A stretch of 64,000 bases of DNA from Schizochytrium sp. TIO01 (taxonomy: Eukaryota; Protista; Bigyra: Labyrinthulomycetes), in the NCBI GenBank assembly GCA_004764695.1, contig SMSO01000031.1, forward strand, positions 5,122,436 to 5,186,435, given 5' to 3'. The notes below the pieces were generated by a model. The model was not told the origin of the DNA, searched no databases, and worked only from the letters and a program-made list of their open reading frames with translations. Below, one piece after another: positions 48,370 to 60,349 of the stretch (its first letter is position 1; each line of letters begins with the position of its first letter). Position numbers and translations under genes: made by a program.

Positions 48370-50000
48370 TCCAAACGAATGTTATGTAACTGCTGTTTGC
48401 GAGGGTCTACACGATTTAAACCGCAGCTACTGGCAGCCTGGGCGAGTTTCGTGGCTTCCACCGGCACCTCACTGCGATGGTTAAATCAGCAGGCCACCAC
48501 CAGCAGTTGGGCGGTTCACTACTAGACTTTAGTATAGGAGGCCTCTAATCCTCTGAAAGAAAGGGGAAAAGAGGGGAGAAGGAGGAAGAGAAAGAAGGAA
48601 TGAAAGCCATCGTGAATGGAAAAAGAAAAGGACAGCAACGAGCAATTATTACTGTGGAGAGGCCACGTTTAGAGATCCTGGCGTTTCTAAGTACAGTGAG
48701 TGACACGCGGTCCGCAACGTTAAAGGTAATCCTCACACGAAGGAAGCGCTCATAAAAGCGCGGTAAAGGTCCGCTTCTTGTGGCCCATGGGGTAACAACA
48801 GCTGGCAGACCACTAAGAATGAGAAAGTATCTTCAGTCAGCAGCGAATCGCTCTTGCTGAGCACCGATCTGAAGATTGCGTTTGCCCTCGCAGCGACTGA
48901 GCGTACACTCTGCCTCTACATATAACCCTAATTGCATAGGCCCAATAATATCATTAAAATAATAATAATAATTATTATTATTATTGTTATTATTATTATA
49001 TTGCTAGTTAGATAAGGATATAAATAGTATCGAGAGAGGGGAAAAAAGAAAAGAAAAAAGTATTATCTCTACTATAAAACGGAGGAGGCGAACTAAGATT
49101 GGGAACAAAACAAAAAAGAGGAGAAATATATATAAAATCCTTTCTTTTTAATTACAAAAGAGGGAAAAAACCATCTCCGCTTTGTTTGTGAGGGCGATCC
49201 TGATCCTTGTCCCGCGAGGACTGCTGCCCAGGCTTGAGGCAGGCTTAGCTGGTACCAGGCTGAGTGCTTAACTCGCACGCTCTTACTCCATATTGCACCA
49301 AGAGTCTGTGCCTTTTTCTGTATGAAATCAGCCACGACCAGCACCACGAGTGAATGCATGCATGCTCATCAGCGGATGCAATCGGCGATCCTTGATTATC
49401 CCACTTTTATAGGAGCTTGTGTGATTTAATTGATTCTTTCATTTCAATTTCACATTCAAGACCTAATTATCCTATAACAAGCAGGAAGGGAAGACTCGCA
49501 ATAGATAACTGATCAATTAAGCCTTGGCCTCTTTACCTTAGCCTGGTCCGCCTGCGAAGAGAGAACCATCAGTGACATACCTGCCCAAATGTCACTGCTT
49601 CTCCTGGCCAGGTCTGTTGTTCTTTGAAAAGAGAGAGAAAGAGCGCATAAAAGTTTAACTAAGAATCGAAGGCGCTGCTGCAGACTAGGCTCCTGTCCAC
49701 GGCAAGTCCGCGCTAGACGGTGAAACAACGGTTCGCGGGCTTGTGCGGAGGGATGCAAAGGTCTGCCAGGGAGATGGGCGACCTTCTGGTGAGCCTGAGA
49801 TTGCAATCAGCGCAGATGATTGCATTGAATCTTGCCGCGGTCTGGTGCCAAGTAGGGAGGTTGGTTATGAATTGCAGGGTCACTTACTCACTCACTTACT
49901 TATGAGCGGGTCTATTGAAAGAACTGACTAAATTGAGAGAACGAACGAGAAAGGAGGCAATCAAACTGCGATGCTCTTGTGCTGCGTGAGAAAGGAGCAC
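48370..50000 (+). mobile_element. Decayed Ty1/copia fossil Q (INT, RT, RNase H)
   Basis: 'CNCCLRG' ~48385; 'LWP' ~48778; RT 'RFVCEG' ~49178, 'MK.QP' ~49322, 'DP(C)L' ~49387; RNase H 'CGG' ~49744 and 'S.E(A)EI' ~49785. Confidence 0.55.
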
Positions 50001-50099
50001 GCGGGCGATAACTCCGTGAGAGAGAGAGAGAGAGAGAGAGAGAGTGAGTCGGTGCCCAATTCTTAGTGACCCGTGCACGCTCCAAGCTCTGTACAATCC

Positions 50100-52260
50100 A
50101 CTGGCAACGCTATGAGTACCACCGTGCGTCCGATTGTCACTCCACTTTTGGCCAGAAGCTGCGGGGACGTGCGGAAGCGGAGGGTTGATGGGCTAATCGA
50201 TCAAGAAATGTATGATGCCTTAGAGAGCAGCACGTCTCTTATCGCGTGTGTTTGCTTTTTGTTGAAATAAAGAATGAATTAATGAATGGATTAATGAATG
50301 ATGAACGCAAGAGCTGCCTCGAAGTAGTCCTACTTGGCCTCAAGAGGGTCTTTTCTTCGGAAAGCTCCAGCTCTGGCGTAAGCTTGGGATGGAGATGCAG
50401 ACCAAGGCCTGATGCTATAACTTCTGTGGCGTGAATAAGCTAAAGCTTCAGAGATCTTCAGTCACTGTCTAAGTGGATGTGGGAGAGGCAGCGGCCGAGT
50501 CTTCTCGTCAACAGTCAGAAGAAGAGGTTGCGTGCTCTGTTAGAGTAGCGGGGCGAAGCTGGAAAACTTTGCAAAACATGATTTTTGAGGGTAGTAAGTG
50601 CTGGTGAAAACTTGAAGGGAGAAGAGATGGCATTGGACTGAGCATGGCATATTAGTGCTTAGGTGCCACAAAGAAAGGAAATGTTTTGCTTCCATCGAGA
50701 AGACTAGTGCGAGAGAAACCCGGTCCAAAAGAACGATCACGAGTCGCTTGCGACGCAAAAACTCACACAATCATGAGTAGCACGAGCTTTATTTTAAAGA
50801 TATTTATGAGTAACGGGTGAGGAACTCTAGTCGATAGATCAGGCTGTCGAGCTCTTGGTTGCAGGCGCATTCATCAATGTTCAGTTGATTGATTGGCTGG
50901 TTGGCCATGACTAGACTACGCGATTTTATTTGCAAACGTTGTGCAAGCCCTGGAGAAAGCAGGATGATAGATGGGAGGCGCCCTTCGGTGCCCTTTATTG
51001 CGTTTGGTGTTATTTTTTATAGAACTGAGATCTTGGGAATACGCATACAAGCACAGCATAGAGATCATCGATCAAATTCGCTGCTTTCAGTTTCTTGGAA
51101 CTCAAGAACGGAAGTTCTTTCACGGAGTGGTAGCCAATTCAAAGAAAATACCCACCAAATCGCGTTAGTTTTCGACACAAAGTGTGCCTTGGTGTTGAAG
51201 GAATGCGTGTTTACAAGGTAATTAATACTATCTTATACCTCGATTAAACTGAAGGAACGAAGTAAGAAACGCCTTAAGAGAGAATGACAAAAAAACAGCA
51301 GACAGTGGGTAGCTCAGCTAACTAGGCCTTATAAAGCGGAACTGGCTCGCCAGCTGATCGGCTGGTCAACTGAATGGGTGAGACACCTCAAGGAGCTAGC
51401 TGGGTGTCTGCATTGAGAGGAAGATGCGTATGAGATTTTGGTTGATGCGAAGATTTTTTATCATGAATGATCAACGCATGGCGCAACACGAGGCTTCGCA
51501 ACAGAGTGTCGTCAGTGGTATGTAAGCCCGGCTAAACATGAGAGACAGAGTCATTTAGTTCGTTTGTTTGCTTGCTTGCTTGCTTGCAACGCGAGTTGTT
51601 GTAGGTAGCAATCAATTTTAATCGTTGAATGCTATTCGACATGAATTTGATTGTATGAATCTGTTAGTAAGCTTCATTTGAATGTTTACTTTGTGTGTGG
51701 GTGTCCTGGTACTTCAATTCTGATTTCTTTGGATTTGCATATACAACGAAACAGAGCGGGTAAATAGGTACTGCCGGTACGAGCCAGTTTACGAATTCGA
51801 TGAAGGACTGTTGTTATTGTTGTTGTTGTTGTTGCCTCTTGTTTTAAAATTTGGGCAATAAAACAAAATCATCAGAGATTTGAAGGAATAGAGAATAGCA
51901 GAACCACAGGAAGAGGCGGGGAAATGTAATAATCAAGCGAGGCAAAAACCATGAGAAGAAAAATGAAAGTGTATGATCACATTACAAGATTGGCCATCGG
52001 AAATCCCCCCCCCCCCCAAAAAAAAAGAAAGAAATGGCTATTAGATAGTGATGCGACAATAAAAAATAAACTATTGCCTTTGTCTATGTTTCTTTCACGA
52101 AAAGCTCATCTGCTCTCTCTTCGTGCTCACAAGGCGGGTCATGAACATATTCGCAGCAAATTGGTAAACTTGGCGTTTAAGTTCATCACGTTTGCGAGAG
52201 AGCACTCTGCACGAACTATCACTTTTTCTAAGTTTTCCCCTTTACTTTGTCGCTCTTAGA
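50100..52260 (+). mobile_element. Decayed Ty1/copia fossil R
   Basis: gag 'QEMYDALES' ~50202 and 'VVLLGL' ~50324; knuckle 'C..CG..G' ~50465-50496; 'WH..L.(G)HIS' ~50628; RT 'RGF.Q' ~51489; RNase H 'RSK(H)V......FARE' 52152-52202. Confidence 0.65.
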
Positions 52261-52479
52261 ATGAAAACTGAAACCCTCTTTTTATATTCACTTTTTTTTT
52301 TCAATAATCAAGGCCTATGATTAAAGACTAAGGGTCTTTGGAACAACAGAAAACAGAAGAAAACAGAAAACAAAAGAAAACAAAAGAAAACAAAAGAAAA
52401 CAAAACGAAAGTGCAATGAATCATTTGGCAATCAATGCTTTCTAAAGAATCAATGTAAAAGAAGTGTTTGTTATTTATA

Positions 52480-53400
52480 TTTACATATCGTCGTCTGGTT
52501 GTCCACCCACCTGTCATTTTTTCTTTGCGTGCCGATTCAGTTAGATCGCATCGATTTAGGCACTGCTTCTTCGTTTAGAGGCCTCACTCATCCGTGATCC
52601 CCTCGCTGCACAAAGACGGCCTCACTCCAATGCAAAGAATGAAGCAGAGCCTTAGCATGGCTGGTGAAAATGACACAAATTCGAAGCACAATAGGGAGTA
52701 AAGAACGCGAGAGAATTTGAGCGAATATGGTCAATGATTGAGTGAGTGGTACATTCTACTATCTAGACACCTGCTTCAAAAACGTAAACAACTATCAAAA
52801 GTCTTCGTCGTAGAAAATGGAGATTGTGTGGTATATCAATCAAACAAACAAACAAATTGCTCACCGCAAGTAACAAACAGACAAAAGTCGAACAAAATTC
52901 CAAATTAGATTCTTCTTTTGGGGGAATATGAGCGACCATTTCTTCAGTTTTTCATTTTTTAACTCCCAAATCGTAAGAACATCTCTCTCGAAGGTAGTAA
53001 ATTGCTTTAATCGTTTCCATTAAGCACTTTGGCAGATGAGACGTCGCCGAGGGAAGGAATCAACGAGCTAGTGCGTCTTATTAGGTGTGATACAGAAGAT
53101 TACGAGCTCACGAACGCCAAGAGGCTTCAAAAACCAAAGAGCTGAAGCCAGGCTGACGAGGGAAAATAAGTTGCGCAGGCCATGATATTATCTATGAATC
53201 ATGGATCATCGTACGATCGGGAATAGGAGTCATCCATGCCCCCGTGACCATGAAGATGATTGTGCCCTATCGAAATGAGCAGCTTAGGCGCTCAGTCGAT
53301 CATTATCCTCTCATTCCAGGTGCATTCTTAGTTGAAAATAATTATACTTAACTGAAAACAATTATATTCGTCGAGCTATGTCCTTTTCTATTTCCTTTTG
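52480..53400 (+). mobile_element. Decayed Ty1/copia fragment S (SH3 fold, RT)
   Basis: 'GCP' ~52497; 'LD......CFFV' ~52541-52575; 'DP......L.' ~52597 then 'M..E' ~52657; 'LGV' ~53081. Confidence 0.5.
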
Positions 53401-53477
53401 ATGAGAATAGACGCGAATGCCATTGGTCAGACAAAAAGTATATACTTCTTCCCTCCTTCCTTTCTTTCTTTCGCTTA

Positions 53478-53583
53478 ACTTATAGAAAGGTTTAATATAT
53501 AAAACTTATAGAAAGTTTTAATATATAAAACTTATAGAAAGTTTTAATATATAAAACTTATAGAAAGTTTTAATATATAAAAC
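53478..53583 (+). repeat. 26-bp AT-rich minisatellite (ACTTATAGAAAGTTTTAATATATAAA)x4
   Basis: Four units with one substitution in the first. Confidence 0.95.
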
Positions 53584-54049
53584 GTTCGTTGTTTTAGTCT
53601 TCAAATTCTAAGTTTTAAAAAGAGCGCCACGATACGATGCAAACACTTTTCTTTTCTTCTATTGAAATAAATCTGAACTCCCGAATTTAAAAAACAGCTT
53701 TAGGCTTTCAACAAACTAGGCATAACATCTTTTTTTCTCATCGGTACTTTCTAACTTGCTGAATTCTATTCTTTTAAAACCTTACTTATACTATATACAA
53801 ATATATTCAATTAAAAGAATATCTGTAGGAGAAAGAAAGAAAGAAAGAAGGTACTCGAGGTCGTTCTTTCAACAAGAACAAGAGCAGGAAGAACACAAGT
53901 TCTTTGGAGGTTTTATCGAGCAAAGAATTTATCATCACATTGTTTTATAACATTCTATAACATAAAGAAGAAAGAAAGAAAGAAAGACTTAGCAAACAAA
54001 AGAAACAACAAACCCGGCAAGTTACAAGAAAGCGCAAACGTTTTAGCAA

Positions 54050-54949
54050 CTAGCAAGCGCCAACTTCGATTCCGAAACCGGCGCCGGAGCAACTTCCGGC
54101 TCCAAAAACGAGACAGGAGGCGGCCTGCACGAACTTGAGGCTAGCAATGCAACCAATACCATCGAAGTCCCATCCACGAAGAGGATTAGTGAGCTAACTT
54201 CAGCAGTCGAGCTTTGTAGTCTAGTTTAGGCTACTTTGTTTCGAGCTGCTCTTCTCACCAATGAGACGGCTAAGTCTTTTCGAAATGTGGCCAAAAACAT
54301 GATTGTTTCTATTCTTTCTATCTTCGAAAGAACTAACCCCCCAAAATTGGTTGATTGATTGATCATGAACGAACGTCGCCGCTGTAAAAAAAACTCGAAA
54401 AAGCTGCATCACCTGAAAGAAATCGATCGAACCACCGTTCGTACTTCCTCCGGGCAGGCACCGCAGAAGAAAACCAACCCAAGAGCAACAGCCTCGGTAG
54501 AATCAATCTCGCGCCGCCAAACGAACGAAATAAAGAAAGAAAGCAAAGAGAGTAAAGAAAGAAAGAATGCCTTGCTACACAGAACAAACTGCTCTGCCTG
54601 GCTGGCCTCAAGCAGCTCGTACGATAGTATTGCCTACCGGCTTTCCTAGCACCCCTACCATAAAAACAGAACAGAACAAAGTGAAACACCCTTCGTCAAC
54701 ACTAGCGAACCGTACCGCTGCTACCGATCGCTGCCTGCTAACAAAAACTAAGACAGCACTTGAATGAATGAATGAGTGAATGAATGAATGAATCAATGAC
54801 TGAATGAATGAATGAATGAATGAATAAATGAGTGAATGAATGAATGAATGAATGAATGAATGAATGAACGAAAAGAAGAATTCTTCGGAAAAATAAAACA
54901 AACTAATGTGTATGGCTGACGTGACGGAAAACCTTTGTTTTTTTCCTTC

Positions 54950-55012
<63 letters not shown>

Positions 55013-56170
55013 TTTGTCTCTCTCCTTTCTTTCTGTTTCTCCTCTTTTGTGCATAGTATGGATGGATCTATCTATCGTTATGCGGAATAATACGGTGAAA
55101 GAAATAGGCAGTGGCGCCTCGGCGACCTCTGCAGCCGGGCGGCTGAGGCCGAGGTGGCCCTGCGTAGAGAGCCCGAGCGCCGCCTCGCTAGCTGTCCTGG
55201 CCTTCGCTGGCCGCGCCTCGCCTCGTCCTTGGCCGCTCTCCGCTCGCTTCGGGCGGAGGATTTCACCGCTGCTCCCGGAAGAAACGAAACGCTGCCGTCA
55301 GTCGTCGGGAATCGCTCCACCCTTCTATGCGCCGCGGTCCCACTGCTAGGGTAGAGGATAGGAGGCGCCGCGCAGCAGCCAGGAAGGAGAGACTGTGGAT
55401 AGAGAGATAGAGAGATAGAGAGATAGATAATAGGCCAATGGATGGACATGGAAGCAGAAGGAACGCAGAAAGGAACGGGAGAACAGCGACAGGAGGAGTG
55501 GAACATGCGGAACGGAGGGAGGTTGTGGAACAATGGGAACGGCTGGAACGCGGGAGGGCAGACCGAGGAAGACCTAAGTACATAATATATAAATTTACGT
55601 GGTGGTACTTATGAACTGCTATAGACTCGAGAGGGCAATGGTGGAAAGTGAACTCATGTAAGCACGCAGGTGCGGTGAACCGCAGAAGCTCGCCGAGGAT
55701 GTGGGCACTGGTGGGATGCGAGAAATGAAAAGAGAAGTGAAGAGCATGGTACGAGCTTGGTTATGAGAAAGCTTTAGTTTGGAGCTGCTTGCTTGAAGGA
55801 AGGCGACGTTGGTGGTGTCGTGGAAAATGTGCAATGCTGACACAAAACTGCTGTAGATCTCAACTCTTCAGATGCGAAACAGGTCACGAACTTGAGTTAT
55901 TAGGAAGTAGATCAAAATTTAACGACTGGACTGGGCTTTTATGTCTCTAGAGCAAACTCGTTCAGTAGGAGAGAGTCATTGTTGCAAATGTAGGCGGCTG
56001 CCAATGCATTATACATATTTTAACTTGACCCAAAAATGCCCCAGAGGCACCGTATGTTAAATAGAGTTCATACTAGGTATGTTTGGCTCACATATATAAC
56101 TGTTGAGATAAAGTCGAGCAGCTAGCTAGCTAAAGAAAAGTGTCCATCATAAACCTCTGCTGCTTTTTCA
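54050..56170 (+). mobile_element. Decayed Ty1/copia fossil T (INT, RT, RNase H)
   Basis: 'MWP' ~54285; 'TP' ~54335; 'HHLKEI' 54407; 'K.NPRA' ~54470; 'AYRL' 54632; RT 'DGSIYRY' 55061 and 'IYV(DD)LM' 55593; RNase H 'SRR(Q)S' ~55964. Confidence 0.7.
54761..55011 (+). repeat. (GAAT)n (54761-54868) and (CTTT)n (~54950-55011) microsatellites
   Basis: Directly visible. Confidence 0.9.
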
Positions 56171-56219
56171 GAGCCGATCCTTTGTTTTACTTTTATTTAG
56201 AAGTTTATTTCTATTTATA

Positions 56220-57950
56220 AAAATAGAAACTATGAAGTGTTTGCCAAGTTTGCGGCGTTAAAAGTGCTTTTCTCAATACCGTTTCTCCAAAGCAGTTCTT
56301 TCAAGGAGCAAGACCTTCAAACAGAGCGGACATCATCTTAACTATCTACATCAAACTTTAAACCACCTCTTACGGTCATCGAATCTCGAGGCTGGATCGA
56401 ATTGCTCTCTGATTTGCAACGAACCAGGGCGGCAGGGACCTCCTCCTCCTCCCCTGCGCTTTACTCTGGCTCAAAGGTCATTGCATTAATCTTGATGTGC
56501 TCTACTTTATTTATTTACAAGAACCTCCTCGTACATTCATTCTATTCGACTGCTGTTGACACCTGACGTCACCTCAAAACTACATTGCATCTCGCCCCAC
56601 TTCGCCTGCTTCAGGTCCAGCCTTTAGCGAGGCCGCTCGCTGGCTGCAAGATTAGCGGCTCCGCGAAAGCGCGGGCTTGTGCAGTGCTGCTATTTCCTTT
56701 TGGAGCCAAAGTTCCCGAGATTGAAAGCGACTTGGGACGTTGAACGTTGAGCGTAGCATACATAGTAACACTAGGCACTTAGGTATGGTTCTTACGTTCC
56801 CGAGCGTAAGACTGCATTCTGCATTAAAGGGATTAAGAAGAAGAAAAAAATACTTTAAAATAATTAAAAGAAGAAGAAGAAGAAGAAGAAGAAGTCGCCA
56901 CCGCTCTCGAAGGAGGAGGGGGCGTCCACCTCCTTGTATGACGCCAGCTAAATCAATTGAGTTGAATGGTTCGAGGCGGAAAGAGTGGCAGATGGATTAA
57001 TCAAGTCGAAGCGAGCGAGCAGGCGACCTCAATCTTTGCCTGTTTGTCTTGCCACCGTTTATTTCATTTTATTTTTATTTTTATTTTTATTGTTGTTGTT
57101 TTTCTTACTTTTTCTAATTCTCTGCTTGTTTGTAGAAGACAAGAAACGTGAGAAATCAACAACAAAGTACGAATTTGCGCGACTTCTTCACTGCAAATGG
57201 CTGCGAATGAAAAGCTTCGATGCCTCTGCCAGGGCTTATTAGATGCGTATATGCTGCCTACTTATCGACTCCTTAGGCAGCGATTGAAATGGGGAAAGTA
57301 CGTAGAGTGCTTTAAACTTTGGTTTTCATTCATTTCATTCATTCAGCTTGGACGTGAACGGAGAGGATTGAAGAGTGATGGCGAGCGAGGGAAAGGGGGC
57401 CATGGCTGACTAACCCGCCAACAAGCTATCCTGAAGGCCCTGTGACGTCTGACGACTTCGCTGACGTGGTTTATGGCCACGAAACGAGCATGATACGAGG
57501 ATTCAGTAGACCTAGGCCGGACCAGGCACTGCCGATGATTCAGAAGAGAGGGTTCCCTCTTTACTAAATTCAACGAAAAGAACTCTGGTTTCTTTCTTTC
57601 TTGCTATCTGCCTGTCTCTATATCTATAGGAGTCGCTCATCCTCACATTGTCTTCTTTGTTGGAAAAATATAGATGAATGCAATGCAATGCAATGCAATG
57701 CACTGCAACACAACATTATGTTTATATAGTTAAAGTGACAACATTTGGGCCTTGAATAAAAGAAGTGCGAGCGGCAGTGCTACGAGAATCAACAGAGTAT
57801 TCTTTTCAGCAATGGTACATAACAATACAATAATTTAATTTACTTAGTTTAGTTTAGTTTAGTTTAGTTTAGTAAAGAGAGAATGAATGTCACTGCGCTG
57901 CGAGCCCTAAAATGTTTTGTTGTTTAGAAGGATAATCAAGAAAGAAACTT
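56220..57950 (+). mobile_element. Decayed Ty1/copia fossil U (gag to RT)
   Basis: gag 'NYE' ~56228, 'ADIILTI' ~56326, 'WIELL' ~56392; PR 'VPEIESDL' ~56711; INT 'AR.LLDA..LP' ~57228; RT 'PTSY.EAL......WFMAT..E' ~57417-57488. Confidence 0.65.
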
Positions 57951-57979
57951 TTAAAATATTTTGAAGAAACTACCTAGTG

Positions 57980-59050
57980 ACTCTTTGTGTGTGAGGCTCT
58001 GTCTGCTGCTGAGGTAAAATGCTGCGGGATGTCCAACATGGTAGTTTTCAACACGGTCACCGTAAAATAAAGGCCGAATCAGAAAGCAATATTTTGTTCT
58101 TCTATACGTCCTTACTTTCTTTTCCACCTTTTTTTATTATCTTTTATGTTCTAAATTTATATATATAACCATAGAAAGAAATATTATATATTTGTAAATA
58201 GTTTATTGAGAATTTAACACGTGCTAAGGGGTAACATGAGATTTTTTTAATCGAAGAAAACATGTTTAGCGGCGGTGAAAGTGAAAGCAACATACTTTGA
58301 TTACTTTTTTGTAAAAACCTGCGACACAATAGAAATAAGCCGCATGGCTGCATTTTTCGAAAGACAGTTAGAGAGACGGAGAGGAGGCTCAACATTCCGT
58401 GTCTTTTTCACCACCTCCTCAGCAATCATTGATCGATACTGCATATGGTTAAATAGACATTGCTGGCTGTCTGGCTTGCAAGCGGCCTCAGTCTCCACCC
58501 AGAGCGAGGAAAGCAAAAGATAACATTAAAAGATAGGGAAGAGCAGAGCAAAGACTTGACTATTTTTGTAAACTTTTCTCTTTTATTAAACTGCCCGATC
58601 ACCTCTTGTCTTTATTCTGGCAAGTAGGGAGGGAGCGTAAGAAAGAAAATGTTTTCGTAGTGTACTGTAAAAGAACGCATTCGAATAGAAGAAACACGGC
58701 AACGCTTTCGACCCGAGGATAAAAGTTTTTCTTTCATTTATCGGCGATTACTCGTTACACAAATGGAAAACTTAAAAAGGTTAAATCTCGTTTACTCAGC
58801 GCCTCTTTAAGAGAGTCGATTTTTAAACGAAGAAGAAAGAAAAAAGTGTAAATAATAATTTCTTTCTGACGAACTTCTCATCAATCGATAAACCTCTTAC
58901 GATTTCAGCATTTTGGCACTAAACCTGACTTATTTACCAACATAATCTATCCTAAGAGCTGATTCTTTTTAGCCGCCCACTTTTATACAATCAATGTTGT
59001 TACATAGTATATATTTCTTTTCAAATGAAATGCGACAACGATCAATAAAC
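57980..59050 (+). mobile_element. Decayed Ty1/copia fragment V (RT, RNase H)
   Basis: 'G..Q.G..F.T.SP' ~58026-58061; 'VKATY' ~58281; RNase H 'KS' ~58721, 'WKT.K' ~58764, 'D(N)' ~58887. Confidence 0.5.
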
Positions 59051-59159
59051 AATAATGAAGATAAGATATACATATGATTTAAAATGAAATGAAAAAGATG
59101 AAGTGAGGTTTAAAATGAAATGAAAAAATGAAATGAAATAAAACTAAATCAAACAAAAC

Positions 59160-60200
59160 GTCAGGTGAAAATAAGAATAACTTTCAAATACGTCACTAAG
59201 ACGTCTGCAGGTGTTATAGCTGGCGTTGTCGACTCGACCCGAACGAGGAAGAGGAAGAGCCGCACATCGTCACTACTTCTTTCGTTCGTTCTTTCACCAA
59301 ATGATGTCAGAGTTTTGTGTGCCGTGGCTAAAATTCAGGCAAATGTAATTGCGGTGATTTTTCATTCGTGATTTGCATGAAAGAAATATTAATGAGGGAT
59401 GGTGATGAGGAGGAAGGAAGAGTAAAAGCACCATATATGACGAAAGGCTTAGAGACCTCGAACGCGGATAAAGAGCGGCAGAGTCTCTGGGAAGTGGAGT
59501 GCAAGCACAGGAGGAGGAGCGCAACGTAGTGAGGAAGCTCTCCATTGTCTCAATGAACCAGTGCCCAAGGTCCCAAGTCAGCGAGACGCACTACTCGCTC
59601 TCTGTCCTTCTGCGTTTGGTTTATTGTTATAGGAACAAAAAAGTTTAAAGCTTCTTTCCATTACTGCTCTGCGCTCTTTCTCCTTTCTTTTCTCCTTTCT
59701 TTTTTGTTTAACTGTTGAGAAATCTATTCGATTTGTTTTTCTTTTTATAATTGTTTATATATAATATCGAGGAAACGAGGAAGAATATGAAAAGAAGAAA
59801 TGAATGAAGGAATGAAGGAATGAACAAGGAACTGGACACTTTAGTGGTTTCTTTTCTCTTTCCTTTTCGCTTCCTCTGCTATTTTAATTTCTAATGGAAA
59901 GCAAGGGTCCCTTATTGGAAGCTATACCACTGGTGCGCACTCTTTGTTTCATTGAACCACGCGCATGTAGGTACGTAGTACCTCAGCAGGAGTCACGACA
60001 GAACGCTTTCTTCTTAGAGAAGTCTCATTTCCCCAAAATCGCCTCCTGGGAACCTGCCTGTCCATCATAATAGCAGGGTTTCTCATACTGGTTATTTCCA
60101 AACTTGGTTTCGTGGATATCGTTTGTACTTACAATCTGGCACAGTATATTCGTGGAAGAAAAAAAGGCGGAGATCGTGCTTTCTGATACATTAGCTTTGA
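59160..60200 (+). mobile_element. Decayed Ty1/copia fragment W (INT tail, RT start)
   Basis: ORF 59165-59371 '(G)ITFKYV......GVV(E)..RT.....RTSSLL...VRV(FG)AVA' resembles the integrase C-half; weaker RT-like traces follow. Confidence 0.45.
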
Positions 60201-60349
60201 TTATTTTTATTTATTTGTTTAAATAAATAAAAATGTTAATGAAAATGTTAAAGTTTAGTTTTAATTTTATTAGGGGGGAAACAGGGAAAGTAAACAAATA
60301 AAATGAATAGCGCAGTGACGGTCAGAATTAGATAGATAGATATACGTAC

